DNA of 64,000 nucleotides from Octopus vulgaris (GCA_951406725.2 OX597824.1:91760001-91824000), one strand, 5' to 3'; counted from the first letter of the stretch, positions 29,020 to 43,449 are shown. Numbers and translations are program-made. Notes: generated by a model from the letters alone, not told the origin.

Positions 29020-29134
29020 CAGTAGTTTTATTTTTATAGCGTGCTTTCACTTCACTACCGAGCGCAGCTCTGTGTGCCTTGGGTATGTGCTGTGATCTGT
29101 TGTGATGCTCTGATGGTTACTGTATGGAAAGTGT
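29020..29134 (-). mobile_element. 3' end of an R4/Dong-like LINE inserted in (TAA)n
   Basis: Minus strand ends an ORF as TLSIQ* followed by a short 3' UTR. It is flanked by TAA repeats, and a second copy lies at 56122-56225. Confidence 0.6.
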
Positions 29135-29142
29135 TATTATTA

Positions 29143-29193
<51 letters not shown>

Positions 29194-29208
29194 ATTATTA
29201 TTATTATT

Positions 29209-29678
29209 GAGTGAGAGAGCAGTGCATGCCATCAAAGTGACACTGGGGTACGAATATACGAAACCCAGTATACCCATAGTGACTACCCGTCGGATAAGGG
29301 TACACCAGGCGCATGCATTACAACACTATATGCGCGACATGGTGATCTCATATCAAGATAAACAGCGCATGACTTTGCAGGTGGAGTCCGGTTAGAATTT
29401 TCTTCAGGTACGAGTTGCCCATCCCGCTTGAGAGGTCCCTAAATGAGTGTAGCTAGTATGTTGAACGAAACACCCATGTTTCCAGTGGTGAATAATTCAA
29501 ACTCCAAAGAATTCCTCTCAACACAAGTTTATGATGCACCCCCACTACTTCTGCTCGTGATCAGAAATGCACATATCGTCAGCCACTAAGGGACTTACTC
29601 AAATGGTTATGGCAAAAATAGAAATAAAAAACCTGACAAGCAAATCTGTGGTATTGAGCAGAATATTTGCTGTAGCCC
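29209..29678 (-). mobile_element. Interspersed retroelement 3' region with (AAT)n tail
   Basis: Reverse-complement homolog at 55755-55905. Both copies end towards (AAT)n tracts. Confidence 0.65.
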
Positions 29679-29679
29679 A

Positions 29680-30210
29680 GTGAGGTCTACTTTGCCATTC
29701 ATTCTTTCGGGGTCGATAAATTAAGTACAAGTTATTCACTGGGGTCCATGTAATCTATTTAATCCGTTTGTCTGTTCTTGTTTGTCCCCTCTATGTTTAG
29801 CTCCCTGTGGGCAATAAAGAAATAAGAAAAGTTAGCACGCCGGGCGAAATGCCTAGCGGTATTTTGTCTGTCGTTACGTTGTGAGTTCAAATTCCGCTGA
29901 GGTTGACTTTGCCTTTCATCCTTTCGGGGTCGATGAATTAAGTACCAGTTACGCACTGGGGTCGATGTAATCGATTTAATACCTATGTCTGTCCTTGTTT
30001 GTCCCCTCTATGTTTAGCCCCTTGTGGGTAATAAAGAAATAGGTATTTTGTCTGTCTTTACGCTATGAGTTCAAATTCTGCCGAGGTCGACTTTGCCTTT
30101 CATCCTTTCAGGGTCGATAGATTAAGCACCAGTTACGTACTGTTGCCGATTTAATCGACTGGCCTCATCGCCCAAAATGTCGTGCCTTGGGCCTAGAGTA
30201 GGAAAAAATA
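29680..30210 (+). repeat. Second tandem cluster of Meta-domain SINE units
   Basis: Three partial units. Junctions are AAAGAAATA|AGAAAAGTTAGCAC (about 29822) and AAAGAAATA|GGTATTTTG (about 30041). Confidence 0.85.
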
Positions 30211-30723
30211 TGCATTTTACCCAGTGCTTTATCACATTTGTCAATGATACAGTTAAGTTTGTAAGGTCGATACAAAAGAACATTTTAAGAGAGGAGATAA
30301 GTGGATCAAATATGACCCCAGTGCTTGATTAATTTTTCAATTTCTCAACCTGTTTTAACTATGATGGGATTTGAAGTCACAACGTAACGAACCATAACTA
30401 AGTACCACAGGGCACTTAGTTGCTGTCTTAAAGCTCCCCACTTCAAAAATACATTATCAAGTGTCAGACAGCGCCAGTCATAACTATTTCATTATTCTAG
30501 TTAGTATTTCAAGCATACATTTGTAGTCTTGAAGGGATATCAATAAAATCTTTGTCGTAACAACTGTCTAGCAAGTTCTCGTAGCAACTTTCAGAATGGT
30601 AGGCGAAAATTAATTAGCAATTCTCTTGTCACTATAGGCAATAAGGTCTTTATTAATTGTTTCTCCACGGCTATACACACAAACACTTTCACACCTGATA
30701 TATATACATACATACATACATAC

Positions 30724-30789
<66 letters not shown>

Positions 30790-30882
30790 ATATATATATA
30801 TATATGTATACATGTATATATATTTATATATATGTATATATATGTATACATGTATGTATATTTATATATGTATATATATATG

Positions 30883-30943
<61 letters not shown>

Positions 30944-31034
30944 AAAAAAAAAAAAATATGTATACATATATTTATATATACACACATAGCTATGTATATG
31001 TGTGTATATACATACATATGAATGTATGTATGAA

Positions 31035-31104
<70 letters not shown>

Positions 31105-31297
31105 CATATATATATACATACACATGCATATATAGCTTAACAATTTTGTATTTAGTTATTTTGTGTGACAAGAAACTTTTTCACTTCCGCAGTGGTTTAA
31201 TGAAATTTTCTCGTTGCGGTTTCGATTCTCTGTCGGAACTTTCTAATTTTGTAAATACTCATGTGTCCGGTTTCAATGATACAATATTCAAATTCAT

Positions 31298-31500
31298 AAG
31301 GCGGCGAGCTGGCAGAATCGTTAGCCCGCCGGGCGAAATAATTAGCGGCATTTCATCTGTATGTTCGGAGTTCCAAATCTACCAAGGTCGCCATTGCTTT
31401 TCGGGGTCGGTAAATTAAATAGCAGTTCCGTACTGGGGTAGATCTAATCTATTGTTCCCATCCCCTAAAATGTTGGACCTTGTGCAAAGAATAGAAAATA
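31298..31500 (+). mobile_element. Diverged Meta-domain SINE
   Basis: AGGCGGCGAGCTGGCAGAATCGTTAG head and ...CCTTGTGCAAAGAATAGAAAA tail. Confidence 0.7.
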
Positions 31501-32179
31501 ATATTCTGGTTGATAAAATAGTGCAGCAGTTAAGTGATTCTGTCGAAATAACTCTGAAAAAATTTCTCTGAAAAATTTCTGATCTTGAATCTTGCACTTG
31601 ATCGGTGGTCGAGTACTCCACAGATACACGTACCCTTAACGTAGTTCTGTAGGAGATTCAGCGTGATCCGGAACATCACAAGACTGGCCCTTTAAACACA
31701 ATTACTATCCATATTTTTTTTACGAGATGAGGGGTTTCTAAGCGCTCTACTACTAGTTTAAATTCCTACCCATGAAATATTTCACCCGTTGATACAAAGA
31801 AGCAAGCCATCTAAGCACTGAGAAAGCAACCATACAGTTTTCTTACTGAACATGTGAATGCTAAAACATTTATAAACACAAGTAAAATATTTTCTATTCA
31901 TCTGACGAGGTCGGCGCGTTGGTGTTGTATGATTTCCATTTCTCATGCAATCCTGTTCTATGTAGAAACCGTGGCAAATAATTGCTTACAATATACGAAA
32001 ACATCTGCTCCGACATAAACATATTTTTAATCTCACTCACTCTCAATCCCCCCCTCTCTCTCTCTCTCTCTTTCTTTCTCTCTATGTCTGCCTCTCTCTC
32101 CTTCTCTACACTTACACGAATATATATATATATATATATAATATAATTATTATTTGAGGGAATAAAATCCAAACTTACA

Positions 32180-32288
<109 letters not shown>

Positions 32289-32307
32289 ATATATATATGT
32301 ATATGTA

Positions 32308-32358
<51 letters not shown>

Positions 32359-33269
32359 GACATCACTAGTATATGACAGTTTCTCTCTTTTGTGTCTTAT
32401 ATTCATAATTGTTCTAGGTAGATATAATATTAATAAAATTTATATTAACATGTGAATAAAACATCTGTTATATTACGGTAAGACACACACACACACACAC
32501 ACTCACACACACGTGCACACACATGAACACACAAACATGCATATGTGTGTGTCTGTGTGTGTGTGTATGTGTGTGTGTGTGTGTGTGCGTGTGTGTGTGT
32601 GAGCCTGTATACCTATGCGTCTCTCTATGCATGTATGTTTGTTATGCATAATAGTCATATAGATATAAAGATGCCGTGTTTGATTAGCTCCAGCACAATT
32701 TTACATGTCAAACAGTCATTTTCGCAGACATCATGTAGATTGTGACACATGGCTCTGGAGAAAACTTTGGTGAAGAATTTGACAAAATCGAAATGTAAGT
32801 CATTATAATTCAACTTTACAAGAAATTGCTTTCTAAATATTTCGTGATATTTGAATAGCTATATAAAATATCTTTCGATTCTACCCGGAAAATATGTTTA
32901 ATATTATATAACAGATGGTTTCTTTCTATGTATGTTATCAGTTTCTTGAATATAATTCACATTCCAATGTCATGTTGCATAATAGTTTAGAAAGAGATAT
33001 TTGTTTACAGTTTTACCAAAATTTAATTCTCTTTTCTTCTGTATTTAAATCAGAGTTGATAATTCCAATTCTGTCGAATTTTGAAAACTTTCCGTTCAAC
33101 AGATCCATTCATCCATTTATCCATATTTTCTGCCTACCATTCCTCAGTGGGGGTGCCTGCGTGTAGATTTCTCAGGTACCTCTGTAGGGTCCTGTGAGAA
33201 GCAATGGTTAGTACATTCCCTGGCTGGAATCTCAAGCATGACCAAACGCGATTATGGTTCTTATTCAGC

Positions 33270-33491
33270 CTTCAAATTCATTTAGTCGAACAAATCGACT
33301 CCAGGACATATTCTTTGTAAGCCTAGTACTTATTCTTGCATTTTCTTTTGCCGAACTGCTAAGTTACGGGGACGTAAACACTAGCATCGGTTGTCAAGCG
33401 ATGTTGGGGGACAAAAACAGAAACACAAACATATACACGCACATACATATATATATACATACTGTCAAGCGATAGTGGGGACAAATACAAA

Positions 33492-33537
<46 letters not shown>

Positions 33538-33560
33538 CGACGGACTTCTTTCAGTTGCCG
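33270..33560 (-). mobile_element. tRNA-SINE (12161 family) 3' portion with internal (CA)n
   Basis: Reverse complement of the GGTTCGGCAAAAG...AGTACTAGGCTTACAAAG tail. Confidence 0.65.
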
Positions 33561-33699
33561 TCTGTTGCCCAAGGTGCCATGCACTACATACATACATGCA
33601 CACATACACACACACCTATATATCATATACAATATATATTTATATATATAATATATATGCATATATATGTATATATATATATATATACATACATACACG

Positions 33700-33733
<34 letters not shown>

Positions 33734-33819
33734 AACACACACATACATATATATATATCATATATAATATATATATTTATATGCATATATATATATATAT
33801 ATGAATATATATATATATA

Positions 33820-33861
<42 letters not shown>

Positions 33862-35802
33862 TACATACACATATATATGTTTATACACACACACACATAT
33901 ATATGCACACATATATATATTCGTGTGTTTCGTTGTGTGTTGACGGCTATTGTGCAAGAAACGTTTCCACAAGTGTTCTCTCATCTTCCAAAAATAAAAT
34001 CGTCCCTTACCTCAGTACTCTGTCCTCATTTGTCTTAATTGTCATTCGATAATTATGGCACATCTTTAATAGGTGTCCCCAAATCTTTATAAATCAAGAA
34101 TTTATGTGGTATTGTTTTTTAATGCACCTCTCTTTATCAATGTTGATCAAAAATATTCTACGGCCAATCTTTACTCACATTGTTTTTCATTTATTCTTTT
34201 CTCATTTTTTGAAAAAAATATTTGTATGGAATTTGAATGCAAGACTAAACACTACAAGTTCGTTCATCAACCATTACAGTCAATTATCTGGATCTTCAGG
34301 ATAGTAATGCGACTCAGAAATGCAATGCATTCTAACGTAGACATTTGGCTACAAATTTAGGCTGAAGGACTGGTCTTTGAAATATTCTTCCATTATTTAA
34401 CTAGTACTGTGCATTAGGAGTATTCGCATTAGGAGTTTAATTCGTTCCATGACCGAGCTCGCCTTACACGGTTTACAAATCGATTTTCCCCAATTGAAAT
34501 TAACTAAAATATTATTAATCCGTTTCAGCCCACCACAACCACTAAAAGATAATTTTTTATTGGTTTTAAAATAGAAAAGGTGTAGTCACAAGTAAAATGA
34601 CAATTATTAAAAAAAGAGAATGCGAAAGAAATATGTAAACTGGTTTTATTAACTGAATTACCTTAATGATGGGACGAATTATGTGCTCGTACTGCAGATT
34701 GCCGCTCTTACTTCGAGACAAAAATTCGCACGCGTCTTGGCTCGTACAGCAAATTACTGGTACAACAAGACACTCGTACTGCGAGGTTCTGTTGTGTTTT
34801 ATTTTATCCATTCGGTGATTTGTTTCGGCGGGACTCGGATTATATCTGGGTAACTCTATGCTAGTGAATCTTTTTGGATCATAACACCATTTTTTGATGT
34901 CGGACATTTGCTTTTGTATCCTGCCACTTATTTGGTAGATGTTCGTCAATTAAAAAAAAAATGTTATTTTAATCTCAGAAGTACATTTTAAAATTTAAGC
35001 GAATTAAAAATGTCTGAAAACTCACTGATGTATGAAAAAATACATTTAGTGCCAATGGAAACCTATTCCGGGCCCGGCCCTATTAGGGGTGCGCTGTCCT
35101 GATCGGGAGACACTGTCTTAGACTGTACGACCAGTAAAGAAAATTTGTTGTGTTATTTATAATTTCTTGTTATGTGAGCGATGAATTTTGTTCCAAGTCT
35201 TCCAGACTCATAGCCATTTATTCATCGTCATTAAAAAAGAAAAGAGAAAAAATATGTTTCCACGATGCGTTTTAATTTGGACACGTTACCGATGAAATAA
35301 CAACTACAATAATGAGTCGAAATAACCTCTTAACTCGATATTGTCAATAACAAATATTGATACAGTATTTGCCAATACTGTCAATGGTGATTACAAATAA
35401 AACAATCACCAATATTTGATAAAATTTTAGGAGAAAAATATATACAAATATGATACTCAGTCAAAAAAGTCGATAACATGTGCAGTCATGGAGAAATGGT
35501 TAAGAAGCAAGGATTTGCAAAAAGTCAGTTTCTGGTTTCGATTCTCTGGAAGAAGACTGGCTCATTGCCAATTATTATGGTCTCAGTTTGAGAATATGTT
35601 GTGCGAATAAAACTTGGTGGATGGTAACGGTTTGATGGGCCATCGTGTATGTACGTACATACATATAAGTATAACCACACACACACACACATTCATGCTC
35701 CAGCATGACCATAGCTACATTGCTGAAACGAGTAAAAAAATAAAAGAATATATGAGAGATTTAGAAATGTACTATATATATATTTTATATTTTAGGTTTA
35801 GA

Positions 35803-35854
35803 AACCACCTGAAGAATGTCTAAGATGTGCTGACACGAAACGATCGTAGTGGTT
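35803..35854 (+). ncRNA. Minimal type I hammerhead ribozyme, canonical core
   Basis: AACCAC-CTGAAGA-ATGTC-TAAGATGTGCT-GACAC-GAAA-CGATCG-TA-GTGGTT: 6-bp stem I, stem II TGTC/GACA, palindromic stem III ACGATCGT, GUA site. Confidence 0.85.
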
Positions 35855-36048
35855 ATTCATTTGTTAAATTTTAATTTATATAAATTATTTTATGTATTGG
35901 CTTAAGTCTTTCTTTGTTTGATTTGCATAATAGTGGTTTTGTCTCTAATTTATTATAATATATATATATATGCATTTCAAAATGTAAGCACATGTGAATC
36001 GTTGGTGATTTTCTTCCTCCGTCTTTCTTTTCTATTGGACTTTCCTCT

Positions 36049-36084
36049 GTTTCCGAAGAAGAGCGTCTGCTCGAAATATAAAAC
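36049..36084 (+). ncRNA. Degenerate minimal hammerhead in a PLE terminal repeat
   Basis: GTTT-CCGAAGA-A-GAGC-GTCT-GCTC-GAAA-TA-TA-AAAC. The surrounding 36010-36180 resembles the terminal repeats at 51950-52090 and 54640-54760. Confidence 0.55.
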
Positions 36085-36184
36085 CACATTTCTTTTCTTC
36101 CCTGCGCGTCTGCTAATACTTTACATGTACCACGTCCTCGAGTTGTTGCTTTTTTGTGCTTCTTCTTCCATTTTTGGGATATAT

Positions 36185-36632
36185 ATATATGAAAGAAGGT
36201 TTGAAAATGCAATTTTAAAAGATGTTTATTCACTTGACCGGTTTCACCTTTTTAGAAAAAAGTTCTGGTTGTCAAAAAATATTAAAATGCATATATTCAT
36301 TCTTTGATAATAATAAGAACATATTAAAAACAGTTTACAAGGAAAAATCTTGGGAAAATATTAAAAAATTAAAAACTTCGTTAAAATATTAGGCACAAAA
36401 GATTACAATACATACGTACATTCTTTGATAAGAATAAGAAAATGTTTTAAAATTTTTTTATCATTATTATTATCAAAGAATGTATATATGTATTGTAATA
36501 TTTTGTGACAACCAGTACCTAACACAACAAAGTTTTTGTATGTTACTTTTGACAATCTTTTTCTAAAAAAGTGAAACCGGTCAAGTGATTACACATCTTT
36601 TAAAATTGCATTTTCAAACCTTCTTTCATATA
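36185..36632. mobile_element. MITE-like element with long imperfect terminal inverted repeats
   Basis: ATATGAAAGAAGGTTTGAAAATGCAATTTTAAAAGATG...CACTTGACCGGTTTCAC mirrors GTGAAACCGGTCAAGTG...CATCTTTTAAAATTGCATTTTCAAACCTTCTTTCATAT. Flanks are TA-rich. Confidence 0.75.
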
Positions 36633-36669
36633 TAATTCCACTCGTGCGGTACCTTACAGCCTCACGTTG

Positions 36670-36700
<31 letters not shown>

Positions 36701-36710
<10 letters not shown>

Positions 36711-36934
36711 GAAATGAGGTAATCAGAAGATCGGATGGTTCATATTTACAGATATTTATTTATATATTACATTTTTTATATATATATATCATATCATTCA
36801 GATCATATTATTCAGATCTGAATGATATGATCTGAATGATATGATATATATATATGTAAAAAATGTAATATATAAATAAATATCTGTAAATATAAACCAT
36901 CCGATCTTCTGATTACCTCATTTCTTCTAATATA
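36701..36934. repeat. Spacer-less palindrome of about 234 bp
   Basis: TATATTAGAAGAAATGAGGTAATCAGAAGATCGGATGG... mirrored about the centre TTCAGATCTGAA (36811-36822), with a few mismatches. Confidence 0.9.
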
Positions 36935-36961
36935 TAATACCTGTACATCATCTCCAAACCT

Positions 36962-37013
<52 letters not shown>

Positions 37014-38164
37014 GTCATCGAAAACCATCAGAGTATTCAATATCTATGCTTGAGTGTAAATAATTTCGCAGAATTTAATAGTGTGAATGAAATGCAGATA
37101 TCTTGTATTTCCTGCTAGCTAGCATTAAGTATCTGCCTCCCTTTTTTAGTTGGCAAAAGATCTAACAGTACCCCACCACGGTTGCCGAGCATACAGATCC
37201 CTTGCAGAACGAAATGCTAAATTTTAATCTCGTATTTATTTAGCATAGAGTTGTTTATATCATCCGAGGGAAACAAATTTTGATGACTTACTTTCCTTTA
37301 CTGAATGGCTAACATCATTTAAAGCAACAGAGGGTAAGTCTACAATTGATATTTGCAAAGTAAAACCCGTAAAAATTCATAATGGAACTAAGTGATTCGA
37401 GAAAGCACTAAAAGAATTCTTACAGCCTTTCAGAATTCTTCCAATATATTTACGAACGCAGACAAAACCAAGAGCTTTTATGAAATATAGAGACGTATTT
37501 CTAATGTATTGTTATTACGTAATATTACAAAAGAACTATAAAACGACCAACCTAGAAACAATAATGTGGTAAAGCACACACAAACACTGGCACCATTTTG
37601 TTTTGTAAGCTTCTGAGAAAATATGAATCGAAGACTTAGGAATGGGTGCGCATTTTTCTATGCGTGTATTCTGAAACCTGTGTGAGTATGTTTCTTTCGT
37701 GCAGTCGTATACACCAAATAAACGCACGCGCATGCACACGCGGTGAAAACACAGTCACAAACAGCAATCGACGCATTCACATAACCAACTTCAGTTCCCT
37801 GTTTTGAGCAATTCATAACTGAAGAGCAAATCTCTTCCCTTCTACTTCAGCCCACTCCAAAAATGGTCTTCTCATAAATACACGTGTATTTAAGTTACAC
37901 GCCACTTTACCGTATTTCTTGGCCCTCTTTCCATTACTTAATAGTCGTTCTTTCTGATGACGGACAAATAAATCTAAAATTTCAAATCTTTCTTATCTAC
38001 ATGTAGGGCCAAATTATCGTACTTTATATCATCCTATCCGTTGTCTGTGTTGCCTATTTGCGTATGAATTTCGTTTTTCGTTTTTTCATTTTTCTTGTTT
38101 CAGCTCAGAGCTGCGGCCATGCTGATGCACCGCCGTTTACTATATATATATATATATATATATA

Positions 38165-38476
38165 TCACCGTGATCACCGTGACCGACCAGGCTATCAGAT
38201 GTTGCTAGACATCGCTGGTCACAATGCGCTTTTGCATTGTTTTAGCCTTTAAATGATACCACCCCGCTGGCTAAGCGAGCAGGCCAACAGAAGAAAGGGT
38301 GAGAGGAAGTTGTGGCGAAAGAGTACAGCAAAGATCGCCACCACCCCCTGCCGGAGCCTCGTGGATCTTTAGGTGTTTTTGCTCAATAAACACTCACAAC
38401 GCCCGGTCTGGGAATCGAAACCGCGATCCTACGACTGCGAGTCCGCTGCCCTACCCACTGGGCCGTTGCGCATCCA
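38165..38476 (-). mobile_element. tRNA-derived SINE (tail type 2)
   Basis: Head shared with 27943. Tail GTCGGTCACGGTGATCACG shared with 46117. Confidence 0.85.
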
Positions 38477-38834
38477 CGTAATGTAATGTATATACATTAC
38501 AATGGCCTACTGGTAACAGTATATTTACTTTAACAACTAATTTAATTTCTTCTACTTGAATTAATTTAATTTAATTTCTTCTACTGGAAATGAAGGATTT
38601 TTGCCGAAATATCATAGGTTCATTCAATAAGGTAAGGAACGCAGATGAGTTTTCTCTTTGTTTTCATTTATCGACACCATGTTATCTGCTTGGCCCAGTT
38701 CCTCCTTTACATTCCTCATACGGTTTTAAAGCATTTTATATAATTTAGCCATATTGTTGTGCCTGATGCAAAAATACAATGCAGCAATGATTATTCATAC
38801 ATACATACACACATACATCATATATGTACGTATA

Positions 38835-38912
<78 letters not shown>

Positions 38913-39129
38913 AATTAGTATAAACTAGTAAACATGTTTTTTGCTAGTTTCATCTTGTCTCTTTGTCTTCTCTCCATGTTGCTATATGAAAATTTAAGGT
39001 GGCTTTAGAGTCGGATCATGGCTGCTACGGTGGTATCTCGTAGATACCCTAATTTATAATTTTGATAATTATTACCTTTGAAGGTCATATTTTCCATGCT
39101 GTCCACTTCATAGCGTTTTTCAGATGGCC

Positions 39130-39192
39130 AGATAACCGAAGAGATGGTGTTGTGGATTTCCACTTCGGCATCTGAAACTCAGAGTTTTATCT
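39130..39192 (+). ncRNA. Degenerate hammerhead motif with long stem II
   Basis: AGATAA-CCGAAG-AGATG...CATCT-GAAA-CTCAGAG-TT-TTATCT: stems I, II and III are intact, but the core appears one nucleotide short. Confidence 0.55.
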
Positions 39193-39539
39193 TGACTATT
39201 GAGTAAATGTAACATATTATTTTATAGATAAATTTCCTCTATTTACATAATATTGAGGTCTCTTACTTTCTTTTGTTATCTTACCGTTTTTACCAATATA
39301 TATCTATATCTATCTATATATATATATACACACACACATATATATATACACACATGCGCATACACACGCACATATATATACATGAAGCAATGGGTAAAAC
39401 ATTTGTAACAATCTTTGCTTTGGATGCTCGTGCAGAAAACACCGCTGTGTAGGAAGAATTTAAAGCCATAATGTTTTAATGCTCCTTAGATAAAAAAAGA
39501 AACTGTTTGTAACTGACTCTCTTTCCAAAAATTGAATAA

Positions 39540-39860
39540 AGAAGGCAGAATCCAGCGGACCAACACTGTATGGTCTAACTGTGAAAACATTTCTTGGCAA
39601 CTAAAAATCGGAAGCCTTCTATGAATTAGTAAAGGGCTTGCTCTTAATTAATTTGGCTCTAATATGAGCTTCAACGCTCTTTACATCGACTTAGATCGCT
39701 TATTAGAAAAGTTTGCTAATCTAAGTGGAAAACAATGCGAACATTTCGTGAGGATATAAAGTCAACACAAAGAAGGAATTAGCTCATGGAAGGCTTCATG
39801 CACGTATGATTACTCTTTGTTGCTGACAATTCAAGGATACTGTGATGACAGTTTTCCCTT
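39540..39860 (+). mobile_element. Decayed Chapaev3-like DNA transposase fragment
   Basis: KTFLGN*KSEAFYELVKGLL...GSNMSF...DLDRLLEKFANLSGKQCEHF..EDIK resembles the motif FLGN..NY..LV...GCNMSLK.HFL.SHLD.FP.NLG..SDEQGERFHQDI. The motif is recalled, not searched. Confidence 0.5.
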
Positions 39861-40132
39861 TGAAAAGTCCTATAAAAGAAGATTTATTTGTTGTTGACGA
39901 TTTCAGGTATTTTTTTAGCGTTGAACTTGCTATAAATTCTTATGCAACGTCTTAGTATCCTGAAATAAAGAAATTTTCCAATATGGGATTATTTTAATGG
40001 CGTGTTGTACGTTAACAGGATTAATATTATTGTTACTTGTGCTTCAGAAGTGCGTCTATTTAATAATTCTTAATAGATTAGGGCCGATAAAGCAAAAGTA
40101 ATGTCATTTTTGGAATCTACATCACGATTTTA

Positions 40133-40326
40133 AAGAGGGGACAAACAAGGACAGACAAACGGATTAAGTCGATTACATCTACCCAAGTGCGTAACTGGTA
40201 CTTAATTTATCGACCACGAAAGAATGAAAGACCTCGGCGGAATTTGAACTCAGAAGGTAACGGCAGACGAAATACGGCTACGCATTTCGCCCGGCGTGCT
40301 AACGTTTCTGCCAGCTCGCCGCCTTA
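40133..40326 (-). mobile_element. Meta-domain SINE
   Basis: Homologous to 22007-22230, with a small internal deletion. Confidence 0.8.
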
Positions 40327-40783
40327 CAAACATATATATATTGACCTACATAACACAGACACAATCACATAGACATATCCAACTTCACACACACACAAAC
40401 ATACAAACCAAGTACACGCAAACACACATATCTAAATGCACACGCACTAGCATAAATGCGCAGCCATCCACACTCAGGTTCCTACTTGGATACGACCAAG
40501 GAATCCCCCCCCCACACACACAGGCACACACGCCAAACGCGCATGCGTACACGATCTAAATTGCATTAGTTAAAAAGAACACTTGACGACAACACTGTTC
40601 GTAATCAGCAGAAGAGCAGATACACACAAACGATAGGAAGACATTAACGAATTGTTAGAAATGGAAAGGAAGAAGGCAAACTTAATAAACAGACACAACA
40701 CAAGGAGAGGAGAACCCAGCAGATTTGTGTATACAAGAAATATATATAACGACACACAAACATTTTAAAACACTTATATGTAT

Positions 40784-40856
<73 letters not shown>

Positions 40857-40902
40857 GTGTATATATATACTTATATGTATGTACATATATATATAAATAT
40901 AA

Positions 40903-40933
<31 letters not shown>

Positions 40934-40988
40934 CACACTCACACACAAGCATGCACACAAACATGTAAAGGTATATGCATACATACAT

Positions 40989-41023
<35 letters not shown>

Positions 41024-41034
41024 CACACATATAT

Positions 41035-41110
<76 letters not shown>

Positions 41111-41766
41111 TATTTGTTTGTGACTGTGTTCACATGTATAGGTGCATCTACAATCTTTACATATAGATCGTTCACGCCCAAACATATGATGTATACATGC
41201 GTACACACACTGAATACAAACGCTCACACACATGCACACATCAAACGCATTAAGAATTCACTTTTCACAAGATACAGCCCCCAACTCAGTGTAACCACCA
41301 ATATATATATATACTCTTCACACGCACAAGTATTACACAAAATCAGGTGTATTTGGCAACCTGTGCCAACACCAAGAATATACCCTAACCAACCATAGCA
41401 CCTGTGGAAATCAAATGCAATGAACGAAAACTTTCGCGACGTCCAATTTCTAATGAACTTTCTTTTGCCATTAACACTTTTAACGCCTCTATATTTATTC
41501 GTTGTAATGTTATAAATTCGCCACCATTTTACCATAATGACTGCTTTCATTCCAATCAGAGGTACTGTGATATTAAGTGGGCTGAAAAGCTTGCAACTCT
41601 GTGAATCAGTCTCCTCCAAAGCAATCACTTAATAGGTTAAAAACTAAACATTCTTGATCACAACTACAGTTTAATTTGTCAAGCGTTTAGAAAGGGTGAA
41701 ATTACGCCATATTGAACGAGCTCATATTGAACGAGGTGTATTTAACCAAATATATTTCGTGAAGAG

Positions 41767-41867
<101 letters not shown>

Positions 41868-42199
41868 TTATGTATGTATATATATGTATATATGCGGATA
41901 TACAACTTTTTAGCATCTTATCTCCTCCGTTTTTGACAAATATGATTGGATTTGTAGAACTTTATTCCATAAATTAATTGTACAATTAATCCATACATAC
42001 ATTCACCATACATACGTACATACATACACACACACACACACACTCACACACGCACATATAAAATATTCTACAATTATATACATAATTATAACCAGGGGTC
42101 AGCTAAGTGCCTAAAAAAGGGTTTTTTAAACGTACTGACTACTTGGTAAAATTAATAATAATTCTTAATTAATAAATGTTGTCATATATATATATATAT

Positions 42200-42303
42200 A
42201 TCGAAACGTAAAAGACTTATTCTATTCATGAGTGCTATACTAATACATTTGTTTGTTTGTACTCCACCTGCCTCCGTCTTTTGTTTATTTTCGTAAACTT
42301 TCC

Positions 42304-42308
<5 letters not shown>
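42200..42308 (+). mobile_element. 3' half of a PLE terminal repeat, starting at the hammerhead GAAACGTA
   Basis: TCGAAACGTAAAAGAC...TACTAATACATTTGTTTGTTTG...CCACCTGCCTCCGTCTTTTG is a reverse-complement homolog of 51950-52060. It sits between TA tracts. Confidence 0.65.
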
Positions 42309-42344
<36 letters not shown>

Positions 42345-42675
42345 CATATGCATATATGGGTACAGGACGTCACCAACTGTATAAACAACATGAAGTACGC
42401 AAACAACGAGAGAAAAAATAGAAACAGTACAAATAAAACACTGAGAACGACCCTTCATCAGCTGTTGGCTGTCTATCTACTTCTCATCCCTGTCTGTCTG
42501 CTTGCTGGTCTGGCTATCTCTCTCTATCTAAATGCGCATTGAGACGAGTGGGCGCATCTGATGGGATTCTGATGATTTTGGCGCGTCTGACTGAACGCGC
42601 ACAAAATATATAGATATACAGTTGGGGGAGGGATTGCGAGAGAGAAAGAGGTGAGAGAGGTGAAAGAGTGAGAGA

Positions 42676-42744
<69 letters not shown>

Positions 42745-43449
42745 GAGCTTATGAATTCAACACGATTAATATAAACATTTGCCCAAGGTGCCACGCAGTG
42801 GGACTGAACCCGGAACCATGTGGTTGGGAAACAAGCTTCTTACCACACAGTATCGTTGTTAAATAGACACGAAACTTGACCTGTGGTCTCTGATTATCCT
42901 GCGATGCGTCCAGGTACCGAAGCAATTAAGGCAACACCTAAGGGCTCCACACAATGTCCAATTTTCGTAAATATACAGCATGAGGGAAGGCAAGAGAGCT
43001 GAAGATCCGAACCTTTGTCCTCCTGCTCAGATACTTAGACGAATATGGATCAATGTAATTTATATTGTGTTTTTAAACACTGCACACGCATTAGAGATAC
43101 TATTTCCGGAAGAATACCGCAGTTAATTTGCCGTTTCATGATGTATTCACATTAAATATGATACATGGCAATTGTGATACATGTTCATGTATTGATAAAT
43201 CAAGTGGTTTATATATTCCTGAATAATCAAATTCTAGAAATAATTAATTATCAATTATGAGGCATAAAGATTTCAATTTCGAATGCGATGATACAATTAA
43301 TGAGGCTGAAAGTCATCATTATAGTAGCGTCGGTGTAATGAAATCGGTAGCAAGAGCGATGATGGCCAATGGCTTAGTTGTTAGCGCGTTTCGCTCACAA
43401 TTGTGAGATTCTGGTTTCGGTTCTCGGACCGGGTGGTGCGTTAGGTTAC

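Noticed and set aside
34090-34950. Non-repetitive stretch with short ORFs and a faint Tc1-like FSPIE peptide
   Set aside because: No consistent frame or catalytic motif spacing, so there is insufficient support.
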